A stretch of 64,000 nt of DNA from Candidatus Enterousia sp. GTDB taxonomy: Bacteria > Pseudomonadota > Alphaproteobacteria > Rs-D84. Positions 1 to 9,316 of this stretch are shown here, piece after piece; position 1 is the stretch's first letter; each line of letters opens with the position of its first letter. The position numbers and the translations under genes were made by a program. A model generated the notes under the pieces. It had not been told where the DNA came from. It worked only from the letters and a program-made list of their open reading frames with translations, and did not search any database. The stretch spans positions 6,642-70,641 of the forward strand of contig JAZLDI010000013.1 of assembly GCA_045614665.1 (NCBI GenBank), written 5' to 3'.

Positions 1-266
1 CGTACGGTGATGCGCGTGTTGATGATGGTGCAATGCATGATCCAAAAATGGCACTTTATGCGAAAAGAGATGGTTTTGCAGCATACGAATCAATTGCCAA
101 GAATGCACGTTCTTGGATTAAACGTGGTGGCAGAATATATCTTGAAATTGGTATAGATATGGGCGCACATGTCCGCAAAATATTTGAATCCAATGATTGG
201 TGTTTTGTGCGATCTGAATGTGATTTGTCTGGAACAGAGCGTGTATTAATCTTTTGCCGGTGCTAA
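1..266 (+). CDS. prmC: Release-factor glutamine N5-methyltransferase PrmC/HemK, C-terminal fragment (5' end outside window)
   Basis: Frame is open from the window edge. The tail 'ALYAKRDGFAAYESIAKNARSWIKRGGRIYLEIG...DLSGTERVLIF' resembles the conserved HemK C-terminal block. Confidence 0.6.
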   Translation, partial: YGDARVDDGAMHDPKMALYAKRDGFAAYESIAKNARSWIKRGGRIYLEIGIDMGAHVRKIFESNDWCFVRSECDLSGTERVLIFCRC

Positions 267-997
267 TTGAAATCTAAATGTAATCCGCGCAGGGAATCGT
301 GACGGGCGTCTTTAATAACGACAATGTCGGTATCTTTTGCCCACCGACGACTAAGTTCATTTGGTACAACTTTATCCCCGTCCGCAATATAATGTGTCTG
401 TGAAATTTGCGGCAATTTGTTCAGGTTTAGTGATTTAGATAGAGGACTGTCGTTAAAATATTCGGTCCATTCTTTGTGGTTCAGAACCCCCGCAATTGTA
501 ATCCATTTTTTTGCGTTTAAATCTGGATATTTTTGTATAAGTAATCCCGAAATCATTGCGCCACCAGAATATCCAATCAATATAATTGGACGATTTTTTG
601 CAACTATCTTAATTGCGGTGTACATTGAATCTAAAACCTCAGTCGAAAATCGTCCATCTGTCCAATCAGAAATATCACAACTGGGGGATTTTATATATTG
701 GCATGGGCGTGCGATATATGCGACATTTGCCCCGTTATCGCGCGCCACTAAATTACGCACCAGATTTTTTCGTGGTGTTGGATTTCGTGTTGGGCGACCG
801 TATCGATCAAATGCATATCCATCGCCCTCTATATAAATGTGTATTGGGTCTGATGCATTGGTTAAATGTTGCCAGGTTGCGATTTCAAATTCACCCGCCT
901 GGACTGGAATATACGTAAAACTATACGGGCTAATCATCAAAGATGTACATGCCCCCAGGCAAGATATTGCACCTAAAAAACAGAATTTAAAATTCAA
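263..997 (-). CDS. Lipoprotein, alpha/beta-hydrolase fold (serine hydrolase)
   Basis: Signal peptide with lipobox-like 'LGAC'. Nucleophile elbow 'GYSGGA'; later 'DGD' and 'ARHDS' fit an acid/His order. Confidence 0.55.
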   Translation of the reverse strand: MNFKFCFLGAISCLGACTSLMISPYSFTYIPVQAGEFEIATWQHLTNASDPIHIYIEGDGYAFDRYGRPTRNPTPRKNLVRNLVARDNGANVAYIARPCQYIKSPSCDISDWTDGRFSTEVLDSMYTAIKIVAKNRPIILIGYSGGAMISGLLIQKYPDLNAKKWITIAGVLNHKEWTEYFNDSPLSKSLNLNKLPQISQTHYIADGDKVVPNELSRRWAKDTDIVVIKDARHDSLRGLHLDFN

Positions 998-1976
998 ACC
1001 GCAACCCCAACATCACATTCAGGTAAATCAAATCTTCAGCGCTTATCCAGTCGCGATGGCGGGTTCCGTCTTCGTTGGTTAATACCCATTTGACCTTTGG
1101 AATATATGTCATACGTGCACCGAAGTCTATGAACATAGTTTCCGTCAGGCCATATGAAAATCCCGTCGCCAACAATCCTGCAACGTTTGTTGAACTGTGT
1201 TTTGATTGATAGAAATTAACGATTTCATACACCGAACTTTCGTCCAATTTACCAAAATTACGTAAATCATTATCCGCCGACAGATCACCATACGGATCCG
1301 TCAGATTCAATACGGTCGTTGTATCTGCATAGCCAATACCAAACCCAATATACGGGATTGCTTTGCGCAAAGGCTTCCGTAATCCGTCAAAGAAATCGTA
1401 AAACGCCATCGCGCTAATAATGTCTGTTTGAATAGTCGAATGAATTGCGCCGCTATCTGCACTCAAAACATACGTAGCATCGCCTGCGCCGTTATAGAGT
1501 TGCATTTCCCCACGAAATAAAGGGGATGCATTAAAGTCACTTTTCATTATATGATCCCATCCCCCTTCAAAACGCCATTGCGGGCGCCCCGGCAGTGTCC
1601 ACCCAATACTGGTTCCGGCGGCAAATGAAAAAGACTTCAAATTTTTGGTTGGTGACAGACTTGCAATATCTCCATACCCCAGTAATTTATACCCGCTGCA
1701 ATCGCCATCATTTGCACGACATACGGTTTCTGGGATAATGGCCCCGGAATCATCAACATAGTAATATGCACTCAGTGCGCCAACGTCATTTTTTATATCA
1801 CCAAAACCAGCCGCCGCGCCACCACGAAATGACAGAATAAAGCGTGCACCGTCATCTTCATACCAGCCATCGCCAACATAAATTCCATCATATTGCCAAT
1901 TTGCCATCGCCGGCATCGCCACCAGACACGATAAAATCGGTAAAGTTGTAAATATTCTTTTTCTCATGCCTGTCAT
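987..1976 (-). CDS. Outer-membrane beta-barrel protein
   Basis: Sec signal 'LSCLVAMPAMA'. Alternating aromatic/Gly-rich strands and a C-terminal 'LGLRFEF' ending in Phe, which is the typical OMP signature. Confidence 0.6.
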   Translation of the reverse strand: MTGMRKRIFTTLPILSCLVAMPAMANWQYDGIYVGDGWYEDDGARFILSFRGGAAAGFGDIKNDVGALSAYYYVDDSGAIIPETVCRANDGDCSGYKLLGYGDIASLSPTKNLKSFSFAAGTSIGWTLPGRPQWRFEGGWDHIMKSDFNASPLFRGEMQLYNGAGDATYVLSADSGAIHSTIQTDIISAMAFYDFFDGLRKPLRKAIPYIGFGIGYADTTTVLNLTDPYGDLSADNDLRNFGKLDESSVYEIVNFYQSKHSSTNVAGLLATGFSYGLTETMFIDFGARMTYIPKVKWVLTNEDGTRHRDWISAEDLIYLNVMLGLRFEF

Positions 1977-2010
1977 TATATCACAAAATAATTGCCGATA
2001 AAAACAGATT

Positions 2011-2535
2011 TTATTGTTGGTGCTGTTTTTTTCTGGTTTGTATCATCGCGATTTGTTTTTGTGATTTTTCCAGCTCTGCGAAAAACATTTCGTTTGCTTC
2101 GCCGGCGGTCAAAACTTTTTTACTGGCCAAATTCCAGGCGATTTTATCTATTTTTTCATCAGAAATTGTGGCCAAAGTTGGGTCTGTTTTATATCCCGGG
2201 GTTTCTGGATTAATTTTTGGCTGTTTTATTTTGTCTGTTTTTCTTGAGTATACAACGATTAATTTTGCAAATTCAAAAAAATCATTTAAGCACTTTCTCT
2301 TAATTGCGAAAACTTTATTTTTACCGTTTCTTTGCCGTGATATCTTTCGTACTGCGTTTGGGTGTATTGTGAAAAATTGGCTAATTTTATGGCTTATTGT
2401 GTTGGTATTTGTATTTCCTTCAAAAAGATATAGCGCCATTATTTCGCTTGCGGTTATAAATTCATTTTTTATGTCAAATGACATGAAGTGTTCGTAAAGA
2501 CAATTAACAAAATCTGGAGTACTATTGTTACGCAT
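2011..2535 (-). CDS. Hypothetical protein (174 aa)
   Basis: Long ORF co-oriented with its neighbours. No recognisable motif. Confidence 0.4.
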   Translation of the reverse strand: MRNNSTPDFVNCLYEHFMSFDIKNEFITASEIMALYLFEGNTNTNTISHKISQFFTIHPNAVRKISRQRNGKNKVFAIKRKCLNDFFEFAKLIVVYSRKTDKIKQPKINPETPGYKTDPTLATISDEKIDKIAWNLASKKVLTAGEANEMFFAELEKSQKQIAMIQTRKKQHQQ

Positions 2536-2602
2536 ATATACAATCTTTCTAAAAGAGTTACTTTAAGTAAAGCTTATCACAAAATAATCTGACTGTAAAG
2601 GT

Positions 2603-4375
2603 TCAGGGTTTATCGATAATTTTGCGGAAAATTTCTGCGGGAATTGTGCCGCCTGTGATTTTTGAATCCATAGGGGTAAAATCATCGTTGCCCATCCATA
2701 CGCCGATAACTAAATCTTCTGTTGCACCAACAAACCATGCGTCACGGTTACCATTGCTGGTGCCTGTTTTTCCGCCCAAGACCCCATTTGTACGTGCTCG
2801 GCCACCGGTTCCGCCCGGTGCAATGACGTCGCCCAGCATCTTTGTCATATGATCAACGGTTTCGGGCTGTAAGATAACAATTGGCTCAGATGGATTTCGT
2901 TCATAAAGTACGTTGCCCGATGCATCTGTAATCTTCGTAATAGAATAAGGACGTACCGAGTTCCCGTTGTTCCAAATAACTGCATAAATATTTGTTAGGT
3001 CAACAAGGTTCATTTCCGATGCGCCCAGAACGGTTGAATATTCACGGCGCAGACGTGTTCCCACGCCTAAGCGTCCCGCCATCGATAATATGTTTTCAAT
3101 CCCGTAAAGCTCTGTTAATTTTAATGGGACAGAATTTACACTTTTGGCAAATGCGGTTGCCAATGTTATGTCTCCATAGTATTTTTCATTATAATTTTTT
3201 GGGTTGTAATCCCCAATCGCAAACGGAGAATCGTTTACATAGCTGTCGGGGGTTAAGCCGTTTTCAAGCGCGACCAGGTATACGACGGGCTTAAAACTGC
3301 TGCCGGGTTGTCGTGGGGCGGTTGCGCGGTTAAATTGGCTGGCCTGATAATCGATGCCACCAGACATTGCGCGAATTGCGCCATCTGTTTCCATTGCGAC
3401 AACGGCGCCCTGATAAGGAGGGGTTTTTTGTGACAATGTTGCGGCAACATGTTCTTGTAATTCTCGGTCGATTGTCGTGTGTACATACAGATCGGATTCA
3501 AAGGTTCCAATTCTTGATTTTGCTTCGTCAATGACAAAGTCTGTCCAATATCTATACAGGTTTGTATCCGTCATTGGGGATGCGGGCTTTAATTGTTGTG
3601 CTGCAATTCGTGCCTGGTTCAGGGTGATGTGTCCCTGGCGTACCATTTCCTGTAAAATAACACGCGCGCGTTGGATGTTTTTTTCTGGATTGCGCAACGG
3701 ACTGTACGTTGTTGGCGCTTTTAGCATTGCTGCGATTTGTGCTGCCTGGGCAATGGACAGTTTGTTTGCGGGTGTTTGGAACATAGTGCGTGCTGCGGCA
3801 TCAACGCCGCGCATTCCGCCGACCAATGACACACGATTCATATATAAATCCAAGATTTGATTCTTTGTAAAGCGATTTTCCAACCAGTGTGACAGAATCA
3901 GCTCCTGGACCTTGCGGGAAATTTTTTTATCCCGACTCAGAAATATATTCTTTGCGGTCTGTTGTGTGATTGTAGAACCGCCTGCTGCAACGCGTCCTGC
4001 CACCATATTTGAAATTATTGCGCGCATAATTCCACGTATGTCAACTGGTCCGTGTTCAAAAAAACGTTTGTCTTCGATTGCAACAATTGCCTGCCATACA
4101 TGCGGGGGCAGGGTGTCCACCGACACAGGGGTTCCCATAATACGCCCAGATGACCGAATTTCATTTCCATTTTTATCCAGTATGGTCACGGCAGCCGGCC
4201 GTGTCTCGTTCAATATTGCATCCAGTGATGGCATGCGCATATAAATATATGAGATATATCCACCGATACACAAACCGCCAATTAGAAATGCATTAAAAAA
4301 CAACGCCAGCAGCCGTCGTTTAATTGACGGTTTTTGCTGTTCTTGGTTGTGTTTTTGGGCGTTTGCGCGTGCCAC
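2603..4375 (-). CDS. mrcA: Class A penicillin-binding protein (glycosyltransferase GT51 + transpeptidase), short form
   Basis: N-terminal TM anchor. GT51 motifs 'EDKRFFEHGPVD', 'GGSTITQQTAKN', 'RKVQELILSHWLE'. Transpeptidase motifs 'SSFKP' (SxxK), 'SVN' (SxN), 'KTGT'. Confidence 0.85.
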   Translation of the reverse strand: MARANAQKHNQEQQKPSIKRRLLALFFNAFLIGGLCIGGYISYIYMRMPSLDAILNETRPAAVTILDKNGNEIRSSGRIMGTPVSVDTLPPHVWQAIVAIEDKRFFEHGPVDIRGIMRAIISNMVAGRVAAGGSTITQQTAKNIFLSRDKKISRKVQELILSHWLENRFTKNQILDLYMNRVSLVGGMRGVDAAARTMFQTPANKLSIAQAAQIAAMLKAPTTYSPLRNPEKNIQRARVILQEMVRQGHITLNQARIAAQQLKPASPMTDTNLYRYWTDFVIDEAKSRIGTFESDLYVHTTIDRELQEHVAATLSQKTPPYQGAVVAMETDGAIRAMSGGIDYQASQFNRATAPRQPGSSFKPVVYLVALENGLTPDSYVNDSPFAIGDYNPKNYNEKYYGDITLATAFAKSVNSVPLKLTELYGIENILSMAGRLGVGTRLRREYSTVLGASEMNLVDLTNIYAVIWNNGNSVRPYSITKITDASGNVLYERNPSEPIVILQPETVDHMTKMLGDVIAPGGTGGRARTNGVLGGKTGTSNGNRDAWFVGATEDLVIGVWMGNDDFTPMDSKITGGTIPAEIFRKIIDKP

Positions 4376-4445
4376 GATTAAAACTCCTTGCCTTTTTGTA
4401 TGTTTTGTAATTATAATCCTAGCATATAAAAAAGGAAAGAGATAT

Positions 4446-5117
4446 ATGAAAAAAATAGCATTTCTTGTAGCGATATTGGCCGCAACACCCGCGATTGCAA
4501 ATGATTTTTATTATGCGGAATACGCATCACCAGATGCTGAATACGTGGCGTCGGTGTCGTCTGCACCGATTGTGCGTGATAATTATATTGGTTTGCGCCT
4601 GCACAAGAACGAGCGGATTTCTTATGCGTTTGATATGCGTAATGGTTCGGGTACAACATTAAAGAACGATAGTGTCGGTTTTGGCGCGTTTGTTGGTAAT
4701 CGCCTGACTGATTTTTTAAAAATAGAATTTGAAACAATATATACGGGCCTGGATGATACAAAGCGCGATTTGGATTTGAATTTTAATATCTGGGCGAATA
4801 TGGTAAATATCTATATGTTCCAGACCTATGGTGGCGCTGTTGAACCATACGCGGGAATCGGCTTGGGCTTTTCGACTATTTGGTCTGATATAAGTGGATG
4901 GGGCTTTGATGCGGACAATAATACGTTTGATTTTTCATATTCATTGATGGTGGGTGTAAACTTTGCACTGAATGACCGTGTTGATTTGAATCTGGGGTTC
5001 AAATATATCAAGTATGGTGACGCCGACCACAAGACGTCGGCGGGAACTTTTGCGACGACGGATATAGATGCCACTGAATTTTATCTGGGCGCGGCATACA
5101 AGTTCGGGTTAAAATAA
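4446..5117 (+). CDS. Small outer-membrane beta-barrel protein (OmpA-like / OMP_b-brl type)
   Basis: Internal ATG at 4446 follows 'AAAGGAAAGAG' and gives the signal peptide 'MKKIAFLVAILAATPAIA'. Amphipathic beta-strand pattern; C-terminus 'GAAYKFGLK'. Confidence 0.65.
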   Translation: MKKIAFLVAILAATPAIANDFYYAEYASPDAEYVASVSSAPIVRDNYIGLRLHKNERISYAFDMRNGSGTTLKNDSVGFGAFVGNRLTDFLKIEFETIYTGLDDTKRDLDLNFNIWANMVNIYMFQTYGGAVEPYAGIGLGFSTIWSDISGWGFDADNNTFDFSYSLMVGVNFALNDRVDLNLGFKYIKYGDADHKTSAGTFATTDIDATEFYLGAAYKFGLK

Positions 5118-5118
5118 G

Positions 5119-5144
5119 AAAAAACCGCCAAACGGCGGTTTTTA
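5119..5144. terminator. Bidirectional intrinsic terminator
   Basis: 'AAAACCGCC-AAAC-GGCGGTTTTT' lies between convergent genes. Confidence 0.7.
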
Positions 5145-5372
5145 TTATTTCTTTTTTGCCTTTGGCTTTGACACCGTCTTTGGTGTTGGTTTTCTGTATT
5201 CGCGCGCCAGTGCAACAATGCACGTGTACGCCAACATTGCTGAAACAGCTGTAATTAATCCGGAAATCAAACCGTCCGAGAAGATTGCAAACAATACAAT
5301 CGCCGCAACCAAAACAACGGTATAGCCCAGATTAGCTGCCAGTACGCCCATCAACTTTTCAAAAGATTTCAT
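5145..5372 (-). CDS. Small membrane protein (75 aa, 2 TM, Lys-rich tail)
   Basis: Two hydrophobic helices and a 'KPKAKKK' C-terminus. A terminator lies directly downstream. Confidence 0.4.
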   Translation of the reverse strand: MKSFEKLMGVLAANLGYTVVLVAAIVLFAIFSDGLISGLITAVSAMLAYTCIVALAREYRKPTPKTVSKPKAKKK

Positions 5373-5430
5373 GTTTTTTCCTTTGTTTACACATCGGTAT
5401 TATATCATACATAAAAATATCTTTCTAATG

Positions 5431-5464
5431 AAAAAAAGGGCGCGGAAAAAGCGCGCTCTTTTTC
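5431..5464 (-). terminator. Intrinsic terminator downstream of the 5490..6245 gene
   Basis: Minus-strand read 'AAAAAGAGCGCGC-TTTTTC-CGCGCCCTTTTTTT'. Confidence 0.55.
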
Positions 5465-5489
5465 AGGGGAGAAAACATGAAAAAACTTT

Positions 5490-6245
5490 TTACAATATTA
5501 CATATCCGCCCAGACGTGCCGTTGCCGGAATTGGGCCGAACGAAGAGCGTGGGCTGACATAAATATTACCTTTGACTGTAAATTCGCCACAGAACTGCAA
5601 CATACTTACATCCCTCAGGAACAAGTTACCATTGATGCGCACGCCACAAGGTAATGTGTATTTACGCATGTTTTGCAGGTACAGGTTTCCTTGGATTTTT
5701 GTGCCGTGTTCGATTACACCCGACATCTTGCGAGAATCTATAACGACATCGCCCATAATTTTGTTGTTGTTTTGTACCTTTGCAATTTGATTTTCCATTG
5801 TTGCGCAAGGCTTTTCAGTTGCAACAACAATTGGTTCATTAACCATTTCGCCAGATTTCGCATCACGCATCATCGGTAGGGTATTTGTTACCGGCTTTAC
5901 TGGACGTGCAACGACATTGCGTTTTTCGCTTGGTAATACTGCGGTCTGAACAACATCCGAACGGACAACGACCGTTTGTGTGTTATTGCACTTGGTAAAA
6001 TCAATAATCAGCATAGAAAACAAAATAATAATCGCGATCAATAATGTCAGATTAGCAATGCCGATTACGTTAATCCCGCACAGCCATTTCCAAAACCATT
6101 TGGCGCCACGGGACAGCATACGAAACGGCCAGCATATAATATTCCAAACTTTTTTCCAGAAATTACCCTGGCGTGTTTTCTTGGACGTGACTTTTTTTGT
6201 TTGTACACGCTTTGTCGCGCGTTTAATCTGTTGCTTTTTTGACAT
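5490..6245 (-). CDS. Membrane-anchored hypothetical protein (basic N-terminus, 1 TM, repetitive C-terminal domain)
   Basis: Start moved to the ATG at 6245, preceded by 'AAAGGGG'. N-terminus 'MSKKQQIKRATKRVQTKK', then a TM segment. The C-terminus repeats 'GN[LI][YF][LV]'. Confidence 0.5.
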   Translation of the reverse strand: MSKKQQIKRATKRVQTKKVTSKKTRQGNFWKKVWNIICWPFRMLSRGAKWFWKWLCGINVIGIANLTLLIAIIILFSMLIIDFTKCNNTQTVVVRSDVVQTAVLPSEKRNVVARPVKPVTNTLPMMRDAKSGEMVNEPIVVATEKPCATMENQIAKVQNNNKIMGDVVIDSRKMSGVIEHGTKIQGNLYLQNMRKYTLPCGVRINGNLFLRDVSMLQFCGEFTVKGNIYVSPRSSFGPIPATARLGGYVIL

Positions 6246-6712
6246 ATTGTAACCCCTTTGGTTAAATTCTTTTATTGGGATTATAGTCCAAAAATACATT
6301 TTGTCAATATGTTTTGTCAAAAAAGAATTTATATCTGTTCTCTATATCAAAATAATAATTTTTTCGCTTGTATTTATTTTATGGATATTTTACACATCAA
6401 CAATGAATTCACGGGGATGTGGGTTTGGGGCGGATGAATTGACCCGCACGGCGTGTGATACTGGCCTGGTGACGTGTGGTGCGGGCAAATGTGCGAATAA
6501 ACTTGCATATTTGTAAATAAAATAGTACAATCAAATCTGTCGGTGGGAAAAATTCCGACAAAATAACCCCCTTTTGTATTTTATCGGTGAATAAAACATC
6601 CGGGGGATGGTACGCGACCCCCAGGTTTACTACAAATAAAGATACGTCTTTATTAGCAATAAACTGCGGGATGGTCGCGAAAATGTTAATTATAACAAAG
6701 GATTGTTTATAA

Positions 6713-8482
6713 ATGGTAAAAGTAAAAGAAAAGAAAAATTTGCCGGCAAAAATTACCGGTAAAACAAAACACGAAAGTGATAAAAATGATGATAAAATGT
6801 ACTTTATGGCATTGGGCGGATTGGAACATATTGGCCAGAATATGTATGTCTATAAGTACCAGGGTAAATATTTAATCGTTGATTGTGGTATGGGTTTCCT
6901 GGAAGAGGAAATTGGTGCCGGTGATGTTCAATACTGTGATACGACGTGGCTGGAAAAACGTCGCAAAGATGTTGTTGGTTTTGTTATCACACATGGTCAC
7001 GAAGATCACATTGGTGCACTGAAATACATTTGGCCAAAATTCAGAAAGCCAATTTACTGCACACGGTTTCCGGCGGAAATTCTGCGTCGCACATTCCGTG
7101 GTATTGAATTAGATTTCAACGAAAAAACAGATATTGTCGAATTTGATCACAATGGTGCAACACTGGATTTGGCGCCGTTTACGGTCGAAACATTCCACGT
7201 TACCCATTCCGTGCCAGAGGCACAAATGCTAATTATCTCGACAGATGCGGGTAAAATCTTGCATACGGGTGACTGGACATTTAACGATGATATACCGGTA
7301 GAGGCACCAACAGATTTCGCACGTTTACGTGAAATTGGGTCTGATCCGAAATTATTGGCGTGTATGTGCGATTCAACCAATGCATCTCGCCAGACAAAAC
7401 AAGTTACCGAAACTCAGGTTCGTGACACCTTGACCGAAATTATGAAAAACGCCCCGGGGCGCGTTATCGTGACGGGATATTCACGCAGTCTGGCTCGTAT
7501 TAAAATGTTTGCTGAGGCTGCTCGTGCCGCCGGCCGAATCGCCGCAATCAAAGAACGCACCAATCCAAATCCGGTGCCGTATGTGGGGCTGCCCGAATTT
7601 CGTGAAATGGGAATCGAATTTGGCTATATAAGCAAGGACGAGGTTTACACCCATGGTGAAATCAAAGATTTGCCAGCGGAAAAACAAGCGATATTCCTGA
7701 CCGGGTCCCAGGGTGAAAAATTCGCAATGCTGACGCGCCTTTGCCGTGGCCAGGTAAAAGAAATGAAATTAATGCCAACCGATACGGTTATATTCAGTTC
7801 TATTATCATCCCTGGTCGTGAACAGGATGTATCGTTCCTGTACAATAAATTGGCGCGTATGGGTATCAAAACACACACTATCTTTGATACCGATAATGTC
7901 CACGCCAGTGGTCACGCCGGCCGTCCAGAACTGGAACGTTTTTATGATATGGTTCACCCCCAGGTGTCGATTCCGATGCACGGTGATTATATCAACGAAA
8001 TGTTGAACGGTAAAATGGCGATGGAACGTGGTGGCGCAAAACATATGATGGTTGTGCATAATGGTGAAATGGTCGCCCTGCGCGATGGCGAAGAACCTTA
8101 TGTCGCCGAAACAATCGAAACATCCTATGTCGTGATGGAGGGCGAAACAGAACGCAGTGCCGATGATCAGGTTTATAAAAACCGTCGCAAAATTGCATCC
8201 AATGGTGCGGTGTTCGTCACATTGCCGGTTGACAAGCGTGGCTTCCTTAAAGGCGTGCCAGAGGTTTCCAGTGCTGGTATTTTTGAAACAGATACAACTG
8301 GCTTTATGAAACGTCAGATTCAGATTGAAATAACCAAGGCGATTGATGCATTAAGCAAAGCAGAACGCAAAGATCGTGATAACCTGGTCCGTGCGGTCCA
8401 GACATCATCAAATCGTGTTGTGCGCGCGTCCCTGGGGGCAGACAAGAAGCCTCAATACAGTGTGCATTTCATTCAGAAATAA
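6713..8482 (+). CDS. rnj: Ribonuclease J (metallo-beta-lactamase / beta-CASP)
   Basis: 'VITHGHEDHIGAL' (HxHxDH), 'HTGDW', 'HASGH'. 589 aa, a typical RNase J length. Confidence 0.85.
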   Translation: MVKVKEKKNLPAKITGKTKHESDKNDDKMYFMALGGLEHIGQNMYVYKYQGKYLIVDCGMGFLEEEIGAGDVQYCDTTWLEKRRKDVVGFVITHGHEDHIGALKYIWPKFRKPIYCTRFPAEILRRTFRGIELDFNEKTDIVEFDHNGATLDLAPFTVETFHVTHSVPEAQMLIISTDAGKILHTGDWTFNDDIPVEAPTDFARLREIGSDPKLLACMCDSTNASRQTKQVTETQVRDTLTEIMKNAPGRVIVTGYSRSLARIKMFAEAARAAGRIAAIKERTNPNPVPYVGLPEFREMGIEFGYISKDEVYTHGEIKDLPAEKQAIFLTGSQGEKFAMLTRLCRGQVKEMKLMPTDTVIFSSIIIPGREQDVSFLYNKLARMGIKTHTIFDTDNVHASGHAGRPELERFYDMVHPQVSIPMHGDYINEMLNGKMAMERGGAKHMMVVHNGEMVALRDGEEPYVAETIETSYVVMEGETERSADDQVYKNRRKIASNGAVFVTLPVDKRGFLKGVPEVSSAGIFETDTTGFMKRQIQIEITKAIDALSKAERKDRDNLVRAVQTSSNRVVRASLGADKKPQYSVHFIQK

Positions 8483-8512
8483 AAGAACCGCCGTTTGGCG
8501 GTTCTTTTATTT
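8481..8512. terminator. Bidirectional intrinsic terminator (rnj / dcd)
   Basis: 'AAAAGAACCGCC-GTTT-GGCGGTTCTTTTATTTTT'. Confidence 0.75.
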
Positions 8513-9220
8513 TTGTTTTTGTGCCAAATCTTTCAAAAATGTATCGACCGGTACCGGGGCGGCGGGTGTTGGACCGCGCTGACCATTATAGTGACTGGCC
8601 TTGTTAAGATTATATGGCATGCGTTCGCCTTTAAATTCTTTGAAATAAATTTGTCCGATACGCATATACGGATAAACAACCGTTGGATACAGAACGTGAA
8701 TTTCCAATGTCCATTGTCCACAGAATCCATCATCCCCACGACCCGCGGTATGATGATTCAAGATAAAATTTCGACCAATACTGGATTTGCCGTCAATTTC
8801 CGGGAACAGGTTATGTGCCTCTGTATATTCAACCGTTGACCCCAGGTATCCCACATCTGGCGACAGAATCAGTCCACTTTCTGGAATTTTAATATCGATT
8901 GTTTCGTGATGTGCAGGATTTGTTGGATCTATTAAATATTTCGGGTTACGTATATCATACGCATCTGGGTTCTGTCTGTACACCTCAAAGCGCACGGGGT
9001 ATTCAAACCAGTCTTTCATATCATGTAATTCTGGAGCACCCTTGTATGGTATTGCCGGCCTCATCCCCCATGGAATAGTATGTTTATACACCTTTAACGT
9101 GTCATCCAGGTGCAAATCATAACTGTTTGACCCCAGGCATCTATCATCAAAGGGGCTTATTACAATATCGGGATTTTTACCCATCATTCGTTTTTTTATT
9201 TCTGGACCGGTCAGTAGCAT
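8507..9220 (-). CDS. dcd: dCTP deaminase family protein (long form with internal insertion)
   Basis: 'ISPFDDRCLGSNSYDLHL', 'GKSSIGR', 'TAGRGDDGFCGQWTLEI' and 'MRIGQIYF' match dCTP deaminase/dUTPase-fold blocks. Confidence 0.7.
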   Translation of the reverse strand: MLLTGPEIKKRMMGKNPDIVISPFDDRCLGSNSYDLHLDDTLKVYKHTIPWGMRPAIPYKGAPELHDMKDWFEYPVRFEVYRQNPDAYDIRNPKYLIDPTNPAHHETIDIKIPESGLILSPDVGYLGSTVEYTEAHNLFPEIDGKSSIGRNFILNHHTAGRGDDGFCGQWTLEIHVLYPTVVYPYMRIGQIYFKEFKGERMPYNLNKASHYNGQRGPTPAAPVPVDTFLKDLAQKQK

Positions 9221-9316
9221 TCATAATCCTTTTTTTACGTTTTTATTATGCGCACAACCAACAGCCAAATGCAAGATTTTAATTCACTTTTGATTTTGGT
9301 GTGGTATTGTTTGGGC

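Noticed and set aside
4347-4445. Longer N-terminal extensions offered by the ORF track (also 6246..6320, 9248..9316, 15236..15322, 25319..25345, 28572..28661, 44187..44231, 60553..60612)
   Set aside because: In each case an internal ATG preceded by a purine-rich RBS gives a canonical N-terminus (a signal peptide or a conserved family start). The extensions overlap terminators, promoters or neighbouring genes.
6301-6516. 71-aa ORF in the rnj upstream gap
   Set aside because: It has no RBS, an AT-rich hydrophobic start and a GC-rich tail that coincides with predicted RNA hairpins. It is more plausibly non-coding leader or sRNA sequence.
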